From NCBI GenBank assembly GCA_963841435.1, contig CAWJCS010000005.1:416001-480000 (forward strand): 64,000 bases of DNA, read 5' to 3'. Below are positions 19,891-28,054 of the stretch, piece by piece (the stretch's first letter is position 1; every line of letters begins with the position of its first letter). The position numbers and the translations under genes are program-made. The notes under the pieces are model-generated. The model ran no database searches. It was not told the DNA's origin and saw nothing but the letters and a program-made list of their open reading frames with translations. Origin of the DNA: an uncultured delta proteobacterium. GTDB lineage: Bacteria; Myxococcota_A; Polyangia; Polyangiales; Polyangiaceae.

Positions 19891-21543
19891 CTAGTCCGAC
19901 GGCCGAGCGTCGGCGACGTACACGCGAAAGAGCGGGGGGAAGCTGCGGTCGCGCTTCAGGCGCAGTCGTCCGCGGCGCAGGGTCTCACCGAGGCGGCGTG
20001 CGTCCTCGTGCGGCATGGGCGGCTCCGGCCCGAGCCAGGCGCGGCCGTTGTAGAAGACGACGGCGCTCTTCACGCGCGCGTAGCTCCTCGAGCGGTGCGC
20101 CGGCTCGGGTGGTCCCCATTCGAGCGCGCTCTCGCAATCGTACAGGCGCAGCGGGGACTCGAGAAAGCCGTCCGTCTCGACGCGGCGGACGCCATGCGCG
20201 AGGAGCGCCGCGTAAAGTCCATCCGAGCGGACGAAATGGTTGCTCGTCTCGATGAGACGCGTGCCGACACGAAAGACGCTGAGGCCGCCGTCGCCACGCA
20301 CGAAGGGGACGAAGAAGTTCGCGCCGAGGTAAAGGAGATTCAGTGCCACGACGCCGGCAGCGAGCGCGCGGCCGCTCTTCTGTAGCGTTGGCGACGCATC
20401 GAGCAACAACGGCGCGAGCACCACCGCGAGCAGCACCGGTATCGCGGCGTGCAGCACGATGACGTAGCGAATCGATAGATGCGGCGCGATGCGCGTCGTC
20501 AACGCGACCGCGATCAAGACGGCGAGCAGCGCGTAGCGCTCGAGCGGCGTGAGAAGCCCGCGTAGCGCAGCGCGCGCCGTCATCCCCCTGCGCCGGACGC
20601 GGTAGCGTAGCGCGAGCGCGACGAGCAACACGAGCTCGGGGTACGGAAGCACCGGGATGCGGCTCTCTCCCACGAAGCGCCGGTAGATGAGCCCTCCGTC
20701 CCAAGACCGGAGCAGCACGCCGAACAGCGGCAAGAAGTCCGGCCAGTGTGGCAGCCCGTTGCCCTCGCTGAGCCACATCCTCAAAGCGCCCGGCTCGGCG
20801 AGGGTCACGAGGCGCGGACCGAAGCCGAGCACGAAGCCCGCGAGCGCCGCCAGGGCGAGCCGCGAGCGCAACCATCGCACGCCGTGCTTGGCAAGCAGCA
20901 CCGCGAGCAGCGTCAGCGGGACGGGCAAAAGGACGATGTGGTTGTACGGCAGCGCTCCGAGCGCCACGCCGCCGAGTAGCGCGAGCGCCGGGCGCGGCGC
21001 CCGCCCGGCTTTCGCCGCGAGACACGCGAACGCGACGGCTGCGAAGAACGGAGACAGCGCGGGGACCTCGATCCCGAAGCGCGACATGGTGACGAAAGCG
21101 GGCGCCGTCGCCAAAAAGCAGCCCGCCACGAGCGCGGTCCAAGCGCCGTAGAGGCGCAGCATCGTCAGCGCAACGAGCGCCACCGTCGCGACGTTCAGCA
21201 GCGCGCCGGGCAAGCGGATCGCGAGTGGCGTCGCGCCCAGCGCCTCGACGAACGGCCAGGTGAGGTACTGGTGCATGGCGGCCGTGTAGAAGGTCATGCC
21301 GCTCAGCGGACGCGCACCGTCTCTCAGCTCGGCGATGCGTCCGATGATCCACGGCTCGTCGCCGTTGACGCCCGGGATCTGCCCGAGCGCCGGTAGAATC
21401 AGCGCGGCCGAAAGCGCGGTCGGCACGCCCACCGCGGCAAGTCGCCGTGTGGAAGGGCGCCGGGACGTGGCGGATTCGGCCTCCGCTCCGAGAGGCCGCG
21501 CGGGTGACGCGGGCCCCATCTCGGTCGAATGCGCTGGCCACAC
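19891..21543 (-). CDS. GT-C fold (ArnT/PMT-like) membrane glycosyltransferase
   Basis: DE motif after the first TM (NGDEPW), AIRLPGAL, many TM helices, soluble C-terminal tail. Confidence 0.65.
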   Translation of the reverse strand: MWPAHSTEMGPASPARPLGAEAESATSRRPSTRRLAAVGVPTALSAALILPALGQIPGVNGDEPWIIGRIAELRDGARPLSGMTFYTAAMHQYLTWPFVEALGATPLAIRLPGALLNVATVALVALTMLRLYGAWTALVAGCFLATAPAFVTMSRFGIEVPALSPFFAAVAFACLAAKAGRAPRPALALLGGVALGALPYNHIVLLPVPLTLLAVLLAKHGVRWLRSRLALAALAGFVLGFGPRLVTLAEPGALRMWLSEGNGLPHWPDFLPLFGVLLRSWDGGLIYRRFVGESRIPVLPYPELVLLVALALRYRVRRRGMTARAALRGLLTPLERYALLAVLIAVALTTRIAPHLSIRYVIVLHAAIPVLLAVVLAPLLLDASPTLQKSGRALAAGVVALNLLYLGANFFVPFVRGDGGLSVFRVGTRLIETSNHFVRSDGLYAALLAHGVRRVETDGFLESPLRLYDCESALEWGPPEPAHRSRSYARVKSAVVFYNGRAWLGPEPPMPHEDARRLGETLRRGRLRLKRDRSFPPLFRVYVADARPSD

Positions 21544-21639
21544 GGGAATCGCTCTTGCCGCGGCACGCTAGCTCGAAGCCCTTCGGGGTACCAGCGACGC
21601 CCCAGGACCGTCACGCGCCACCACCCTACCCTAATCGCC

Positions 21640-21674
21640 AAAAAAAAGGCCCCTCCCGCTAGGAAGGGGCCTTT
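21640..21674 (-). terminator. Rho-independent terminator after the DUF1552 gene
   Basis: AAAGGCCCCT/AGGGGCCTTT stem followed by a T8 tract on the minus strand, 25 bp after the stop. Confidence 0.85.
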
Positions 21675-21699
21675 GGACTCAAGCGTGCGCCGGTAGAGG

Positions 21700-23337
21700 T
21701 CAGGCGCCTGCTTTGAGAGCGTCGAACCCGCCGGGGCTGTGGATCGTGGCCCCGCTGCCCCCGCCGTGGATGAAGTCCTCCGTCTTGTCGGAGAAGCCGA
21801 ACTTCGTCACCTCGGCCGAGCCGCCCTTGGCGGCGAAGCCGTCGGCGCCCGCCTTCATGCCCATGGCGTTCATGATGTTCACGAAATACTTGTTGATCGG
21901 CGCGTTGCCGACCTTCGCGTCCGTGCCGGTCGACTGGTTGATGCCGTTGACCTGGTCGCTGCCGCCGTTGCACTGACCCTCGCTGTTGCCGCGAGAGAGC
22001 GTCGGGGACGCATCTTCGACGTTCACGGACCAACCCGTCTTGAAGTAGCCGCCGGCGCCGCCCGCCTGAACGATCGGGAGATTGTTCAGGTTGTGGGCGT
22101 TGCCGTCCGACATCTCCTGGAACCAGACGGCGGCGGAGTTGTCGAGGGCAGTGCCGTTGCCCTCGTCGATGCTGTCGAGCATTCCGACGAGCTTGGCGAA
22201 CTTCTGCGCGTAAAAGTCCTGGATCTTCGTGAGCATGCCGAGGACGCCGTCCACGCAGGTGCCCGACATGTTCGCGTTGTTGAGTCGGTGCGAAGCGGAG
22301 TGGCTCTCGAGGTTGATCCCGAGCCCGGAGAAGACGTAGCTCCCCGGGTACTTCAGGAAGATCACGGGGTTGGCGTTGCAGATCGCCGCCAGCGCCGCGA
22401 GGCTCGAGTAGATGTCCGCGCCGTCCAACGTGCTGCTGACCGTGGCCGTGAGGACATCGGTGTTACCCGCCTTGACCGCGTTGACGTTCGTCGACGTGGC
22501 GCCGAGCATCGTTGCAAGGTCCTGATTGCACTGCGCCGAAGCGACCACACCCGTGGTCTGGTTGAGCAGCTCCTTCCAGGCATCGAGCTTCATCTTGTCG
22601 GCCTGGCTCATGTCGAAGCGCTCGAGGGTGTCGAGATCGTCCCGCACGATGTCGATGACGCTCTTGCCGCGAACGGCCGCGTAGGTGTCCGGTGTCATCG
22701 GCGCGGTGTTGTCGAACAGGCCCGTGAGCCCGCTCAGGATCTGCGAGGGCTGACCCAGCCCCGGGTAGCTCGTCTCGGGACCCGAGTACGAGATGGCCGA
22801 CTGGGGGCTGTCGTTCCTGTTACCCACGCGCATGAACAGCGGGTTGCCGTCCGAGCTCAGCTGGTCGGCCATGACGTGATCCAGCGAGGCTCCGACGGGC
22901 TTGGCGTTGAACTTCGTTGCCGAATCGAAGCTGAACGGATCGTCGCTGTTCGGTGTGACCGGCTGGCAGGTGAAGAACGACCCCACCACCTGGGTGTGGG
23001 GGTCGTTGCCCTGTCCGCGCACCATCGACGCGGTCCACTCGTTCATGGAGCGAATGCCGCGAGGCAAGAGGACCTTGTCGGCGTACGGCGCCAGGGGTGC
23101 CAGCGTCGTTGCCTGGAGGTCGGCCGCGGTGATCGGACCGTGCGCCGCTGTCGGGAAGAACTTGGTCGTCAGGCACCCGTAGTGGGTGAACATGGCGATG
23201 AAGCGCTTCGGAGTTCCAGGAGGAGTCGCCGACTGGGACTTCGCCACGCGTTCGGCAACGGAGCTGAGGAACGGCGCAGCCACGCAAGCTCCGCCGAGGC
23301 CTCGGAGGAAGATTCTTCGGTTCATGGGCTTGGTCAT
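21700..23337 (-). CDS. DUF1552 family protein, Tat-exported (close paralog of 11175..12797)
   Basis: RRIFLRGLGGACVAAPFL; SHSASHR; LDNSAAVWFQEMSDGNAHN. Confidence 0.88.
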   Translation of the reverse strand: MTKPMNRRIFLRGLGGACVAAPFLSSVAERVAKSQSATPPGTPKRFIAMFTHYGCLTTKFFPTAAHGPITAADLQATTLAPLAPYADKVLLPRGIRSMNEWTASMVRGQGNDPHTQVVGSFFTCQPVTPNSDDPFSFDSATKFNAKPVGASLDHVMADQLSSDGNPLFMRVGNRNDSPQSAISYSGPETSYPGLGQPSQILSGLTGLFDNTAPMTPDTYAAVRGKSVIDIVRDDLDTLERFDMSQADKMKLDAWKELLNQTTGVVASAQCNQDLATMLGATSTNVNAVKAGNTDVLTATVSSTLDGADIYSSLAALAAICNANPVIFLKYPGSYVFSGLGINLESHSASHRLNNANMSGTCVDGVLGMLTKIQDFYAQKFAKLVGMLDSIDEGNGTALDNSAAVWFQEMSDGNAHNLNNLPIVQAGGAGGYFKTGWSVNVEDASPTLSRGNSEGQCNGGSDQVNGINQSTGTDAKVGNAPINKYFVNIMNAMGMKAGADGFAAKGGSAEVTKFGFSDKTEDFIHGGGSGATIHSPGGFDALKAGA

Positions 23338-23356
23338 GTTCGGGTTTCCTCGGTCT

Positions 23357-25201
23357 TCACGGAGTTGCACGGACTCGCAGACGGAACGAATCTGCCTGGG
23401 TCAGATCCGCGAGCAGATTGAGAACGGTGTAGCCGTCGGTCGACAGGTTGATGTCGAGCATATCGACGGTGCAGGCGTCGTTCGCGTTGGGCAGGCGCCC
23501 GGTAGCGAAGGTGACCCACTTCTCGGCGTAGATGCGCTTGGCGGCGGGCGTCTCCACGATCCCCTGCATCAGCTCGAGGGGGCCGTTGACGGTCTTGGTG
23601 TTGCCTTCGCTGAAGGTCACATCGACGGTCGTATCGATCGCGCCGGCGACCGCATCGCCGTTCGCACGCGGATCGACGGTCTGCCAGGCTCCGATGGAGT
23701 CGAAGTTCTCGAGCGCGAACCCGGGCGGGTTGACGTACGGGATGTGGCAACCCCTGCAGTTCGGTTGATCCGTCAGCGCTTCGGTGTACGCGCGCTCCGT
23801 GTTGTAGGTGCCCTCGGGAGGCGGCGTCAGGAAGAAGTTCGGGTCGGGAGCGCCGGGGTTGACCCCGATGATGTTCACCGTGATGAACGCGCCGCGAAGG
23901 ATCGGGCTCGAGGAATCGTAGTGCGAGTACGAGCTCAAGAACCCGAGGCGGGTCAAGAAGCCCGGCCGCGTCGCCGGGTCGAGCTCCACTCTGGTGAGGG
24001 TGGGGCCGTACGCCGCGGGGTCGAGCCCGTAGAGCGCCGCGGTGGCGTTGTTGACGTAGGCGACGCTGCTGAGGAAGAGATCCTTGAATGTGCCGCCTGA
24101 GAACGCGACGTCCTCGAAGAAGTCGTCGAGCTCCTCGGCGTAAGTCGTCTTCACGTCCTCACCCGCGTAGAGCGGGTACTTGGTCTTGTCGTGGTCGACC
24201 TTCCACCAATGCGCGTCGGCATTGTCCATCTCGAGGTAGCTGCGATGGAACCCGGCGATCAGCGGCGCGGTCTTCTCGCGGACCGCAATCATGCGCTCTG
24301 CCTGAGCCAGGATCTGCTCCTTGGTCGTCAGCTGGTTGCTGTCGGCCGCCACGTTCAGGGCGTCGTCGGGGACGGAACCCCAGAGGAGGAACGACAGCCT
24401 GGCGGCCACTTCGTACTGCGAAAGCTTGATGGCGCCGGCTTCTTGCTCCTGCGTCAGCTCGGTGATCTGGAGGAACGAAGGCGAAACGAGGAAGGCGTAG
24501 AGGGTCGCTTCCGCCACCTCGGCGGGCGTGCCCGCGGGGGTGAGAGCGCCGAGGCGTGCAAAGCTTGCCTCCTCGTCGGGGGTGAGCGGCCGCCGGAACG
24601 CCTTGCGCCCGAAGTCCTTGATGGTGTTCGTCAAGCAACCCGCTGCCGCCGGGTCGCAGTTGATGAACATGGCCTTGTTCGCACCGGCCATCACCTGGGC
24701 CGCGATCTTCGCGCCCACGTCCTGGTAGAACCGCCAAGCGTCGGTGTTCAGGGGGCCGTCGAAGTCGGGGTAGAGCTCATCCGACGGCAGCTTGCCGTCG
24801 GTCAGGGTGGTGATTCCGAGGAGATCACGCACCGCGGCGTCGTACTGCCGGTTCAATAGCCGCGGGATCTGCGACGATGTCGGGATACCGGGGACGCACG
24901 TCGCGGCACCCGTGCCCGCTGCGCCCACACCCGCCGAGCCGCCCGTTGCCCCACCGGCGCCGCCGGTCGTGCCTGCGCCCGCGCCGGCCGTGCCGCCGGT
25001 CGGTGCCGAGCCACCCGAGGCTCCACCGGTGCCCGTGCCGCCGGTGCCGGTAGCCGACGATCCGCCGCTAGCGGTGGCGCCCGAGCCACCGACGGCGCTC
25101 GCCGCTCCGGTGCCTGCATTCCCACCACCGACCTCTCCCGAGCACGCTGCAAGCGCGGAGGAGAATGCTCCCAGAGCAGCCAGGTATCGCTTTTTCATCA
25201 T
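23357..25201 (-). CDS. DUF1592/DUF1588-type c-type cytochrome lipoprotein
   Basis: MMKKRY..LAAC lipobox, Gly tether, RLLNRQYDAAVRDL, EVAARLSFLLW, SSPILRG, CRGCH..NPPGFALENFD. Confidence 0.9.
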   Translation of the reverse strand: MMKKRYLAALGAFSSALAACSGEVGGGNAGTGAASAVGGSGATASGGSSATGTGGTGTGGASGGSAPTGGTAGAGAGTTGGAGGATGGSAGVGAAGTGAATCVPGIPTSSQIPRLLNRQYDAAVRDLLGITTLTDGKLPSDELYPDFDGPLNTDAWRFYQDVGAKIAAQVMAGANKAMFINCDPAAAGCLTNTIKDFGRKAFRRPLTPDEEASFARLGALTPAGTPAEVAEATLYAFLVSPSFLQITELTQEQEAGAIKLSQYEVAARLSFLLWGSVPDDALNVAADSNQLTTKEQILAQAERMIAVREKTAPLIAGFHRSYLEMDNADAHWWKVDHDKTKYPLYAGEDVKTTYAEELDDFFEDVAFSGGTFKDLFLSSVAYVNNATAALYGLDPAAYGPTLTRVELDPATRPGFLTRLGFLSSYSHYDSSSPILRGAFITVNIIGVNPGAPDPNFFLTPPPEGTYNTERAYTEALTDQPNCRGCHIPYVNPPGFALENFDSIGAWQTVDPRANGDAVAGAIDTTVDVTFSEGNTKTVNGPLELMQGIVETPAAKRIYAEKWVTFATGRLPNANDACTVDMLDINLSTDGYTVLNLLADLTQADSFRLRVRATP

Positions 25202-26080
25202 TGGCAGACCTCTCGACGAACAGAACCCCGTTCGATGAGTGGTTTTGGCGCCAAACTGCGAGACCCGACAGACGAGTTCTTCCACGCTCGGGGTTGCATA
25301 ATTGCGGTGGGGGGCGACAAGAATCTCACCCAACAAATAAAACACAACAATTACATAGCCTTAACTCCCCGTGACCGATGCTCTCAAACCCCCAAAATCC
25401 GGGCCGATCCTGCCCCCAGCAGGGTCCGATTTCGACGTTCCGCGCACGCCGTCCCACATCGGAACGAAACTTTGTTGACCAGAATCAACCCGCTCGGGGC
25501 ACTGCGCGACGCCATTTAAACGCTTGACAGACCGCAAAAAATACCCCGCATCACACGAACGATCGCACGGCGCGCTCACCCTCGATCTGCTCGCTGCCGA
25601 GCGCACGGTGTGGCGCATCCGACCTCTCCGGACATCGTGCGCTCGAGCGGCATGAAGAGCGTCAACTGCCCCCCTGTGCGTCGACTCGGGCTACGCGATC
25701 CCGGACGGCTGCTGGGCGCTGATTCAAGGTAGCTTCTGAGCTAGCCGTGGGGACGGTGGCCCCGCATTCCCGCAAATCGCCCACGCGATCTCGCCGTTGG
25801 CACCAAAGCGCGCGATGGCCGGCCCACTGGCCCCGAGGCGCAGTGGTGCGAAGAGCTACGGCGCGCCCCATTTTGGGGGAGTGGGAAACCTCTCGGCAAT
25901 CCGAGGGATAGCGCCGAGCCCCGTTGCGGCGAGCGAGACAAAGAATCGTCAACGCCAAGCCTGCTCCGTTTGGGGTCGAGGGACTAGGTGTGTCGAACGG
26001 CGTAGCCAAAGCCGGTCAGCGCGCTGCGTCCGCCATAATGGCGGGTGCCGGATGCGCGTTTAGTGAAGGAGCGTCTTCGA

Positions 26081-26713
26081 ATGCGGTTCATGAACATCGG
26101 TTTCGGGCTCATGGTTTCCGGCGCAGTCGCCGGTATCGCCGTCGGATGTGGTGGCGACGACAAGTCGGCGACCACCCCGGGAGCTGGAAGCGGTGGCAAA
26201 GGTGGCACCGCAGGCGCGGCCACCGGCGGCACCTCGGGTGCAGCAACGGGCGGCACTTCGGGCGCAGCCACCGGCGGCACCTCGGGTGCAGCAACGGGCG
26301 GCACTTCGGGCGCAGCCACCGGCGGTACCTCGGGCAGCGGCGGGCGTGGAGCCTCCGGTGCGTCAGGAACGACTAGCGGCGGCATGGGCGGGACGACCAT
26401 GGAGGCCGGCGCCGGCGGCGAAGGTGGTGAGGCGGGTGCCGGAACGCCAACTGGCGGAGGCGGTGGTCGCTTCGGTGGCAACGCGGGCACTGCAGGCGGC
26501 GGCGGTCGCATGGGCGGCAACGCGGGCACCGCGGGCGGCGGCGGTCGCATGGGCGGCAACGCGGGCACTGCAGGCGGCGGCGGTCGCATGGGCGGCAACG
26601 CGGGCACCGCAGGCGGCGGCGGTCGCATGGGCGGCAACGCGGGCACTGCCGGTGGCGCCGGTCGCTTCGGCGGCAACGCGGGCACCGCAGGCACCGGCGG
26701 CCGCGGCGGCTGA
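26081..26713 (+). CDS. Gly-rich repeat lipoprotein with no globular domain
   Basis: AAGGAG RBS, lipobox IAVGC, then (GAATGGTS)5 and (GGGGR[M/F]GGNAGTA)6. Confidence 0.8.
   Translation: MRFMNIGFGLMVSGAVAGIAVGCGGDDKSATTPGAGSGGKGGTAGAATGGTSGAATGGTSGAATGGTSGAATGGTSGAATGGTSGSGGRGASGASGTTSGGMGGTTMEAGAGGEGGEAGAGTPTGGGGGRFGGNAGTAGGGGRMGGNAGTAGGGGRMGGNAGTAGGGGRMGGNAGTAGGGGRMGGNAGTAGGAGRFGGNAGTAGTGGRGG
26213..26332. repeat. 24-bp tandem repeat x5 with alternating codon variants (48-bp higher-order unit)
   Basis: ggcgcagccaccggcggcacctcg alternates with ggtgcagcaacgggcggcacttcg. Confidence 0.9.
26456..26689. repeat. 39-bp tandem repeat x6 (coding)
   Basis: ggcggcggcggtcgcatgggcggcaacgcgggcac(t/c)gc(a/g) units with no spacers. 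Confidence 0.9.
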
Positions 26714-27396
26714 CCCGAACAAGTCGCGCGACTTCCGCCGAATCCGGGCGAGCGTCGGTCACGGCGGGCTTTCGTCCACTCGAACGCGCCGGCTGGTACA
26801 AGCGCGCGCAGGTCTTTGCGCTCGGCGGCCCCAACCGTCGCTACGAAGCGAAGGTTCGGGACCGTAAGCTTTCGCTGTTCTCGGGCCTCGCCGGAACCAT
26901 CGTCGAGATCGGACCCGGCGGCGGCGCGAATCTGGGATTCTTCGACCGCGACACGCGGTGGATCGGCGTCGAGCCAAACCCGTTCTTTCGGCCCCTGCTC
27001 GAGCGCCGCGCCCGTGAGCTTGGCCGTTCCATAGAGGTTCGCCACGGCGCCGCGGAGGCGCTCCCGCTACCGGACGCGAGCGCGGACGCCGTCGTGGCAT
27101 CCCTCGTGCTCTGCTCGGTGCGCAGCGTCGAACGGACGCTTGCGGAGGTCCGCCGCGTGCTGCGGCCAGGCGGACGCTTCGCGTTCGTGGAGCACGTTGC
27201 TGCGCCGCTCGGCACGTTCCGCCGCTTCAGCCAGCGCGCCGTCGGCCCGATCTGGGTCGCGCTCGGCGACGGATGTCACCCGGATCGCGACACCGCAACC
27301 GCCATCGAGCAAGCGGGGTTCGGCGACGTCGCGCTCGAGCGCTTCGACACCGGCACGCCGTTCGTCGGCCCGCACATCGCCGGCATCGCCCGCTGA
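26710..27396 (+). CDS. Class I SAM-dependent methyltransferase (METTL7/TMT1-like); start codon atypical
   Basis: Frame +1 open well upstream of the listed ORF: VEIGPGGGANL (motif I), WIGVEPN, AEALPL.D..ADAVV.SLVLCSV, RVLRPGG.F.FVEH, GCHPDRD; no ATG/GTG/TTG before motif I, only CTG at 26710. Confidence 0.85.
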   Translation: MTRTSRATSAESGRASVTAGFRPLERAGWYKRAQVFALGGPNRRYEAKVRDRKLSLFSGLAGTIVEIGPGGGANLGFFDRDTRWIGVEPNPFFRPLLERRARELGRSIEVRHGAAEALPLPDASADAVVASLVLCSVRSVERTLAEVRRVLRPGGRFAFVEHVAAPLGTFRRFSQRAVGPIWVALGDGCHPDRDTATAIEQAGFGDVALERFDTGTPFVGPHIAGIAR

Positions 27397-27424
27397 CGTC
27401 GAGCCGCCTCCCCGAGCCGGGACG

Positions 27425-28054
27425 TCAGTCGGACGGGGCAGCGCCGTAAAGGGGCGCGGGGGACGCGCCGTAGACGGGCATCGGATTGCCCGCATCGACG
27501 TCCGGCGGGATGCCGTAGGGAGGCTGGACGCCTCCGTCGAAGGTGCCGGCGCTGCCGCCCGCCCCCATGCCGGCGCCCGCATCCAAATCCGAGCCTCCGG
27601 TACCGCTCGTCGAGCTACCGCTGCTGCCGGCCGCGCCGCCCGTGCTCGACACGTCGCCGGCGCCGCCGCCCATCGCCGGGATGCCGTAGACCGGGCCGAC
27701 CGAGCCGCCCGCGCCGCTCACGCCCATGGTGCCGCCGTTCGCGCCGGCTCCCATGGTGCCACCCGGACTCGAGCTGCCACCCGTCGAGCCGCCGCTGCCC
27801 ATCATCGCGCCCGTGCCGGCCGACGCGTCGCCGCCCTGCTCGTCCTTCTCGCTGCGACCCGCGCACGCGATGGCCACGGCCGCACCAGCGAGCGTGGCGT
27901 TGAACGCGAACGTCGCCGCGCGGCCGAGCCGCTTGGTCGGAAGTAAAGGCGGCGGCAGGTGCGAAAGCTCGAGCCCGACGCCGCAGAAGGGACAGGTCGC
28001 TTCGCTCGTGCGCACGTGACGCGCGCACCCGGGGCACGGAACCAAGTGAGCCAT
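27425..28054 (-). CDS. Putative radical-SAM substrate: N-terminal Zn-ribbon, lipoprotein-like signal, Gly-rich body with four P-x-Y-G motifs
   Basis: MAHLVPCPGC..CPFCG; AVAIAC; PVYG, PPYG, PVYG, PLYG; TGATG overlap with the rSAM stop. Confidence 0.8.
   Translation of the reverse strand: MAHLVPCPGCARHVRTSEATCPFCGVGLELSHLPPPLLPTKRLGRAATFAFNATLAGAAVAIACAGRSEKDEQGGDASAGTGAMMGSGGSTGGSSSPGGTMGAGANGGTMGVSGAGGSVGPVYGIPAMGGGAGDVSSTGGAAGSSGSSTSGTGGSDLDAGAGMGAGGSAGTFDGGVQPPYGIPPDVDAGNPMPVYGASPAPLYGAAPSD

Noticed and set aside
26456-26689. 39-bp repeats as a CRISPR array
   Set aside because: Units are directly adjacent with no unique spacers, in frame, vary mainly at synonymous positions, and no cas genes are present.
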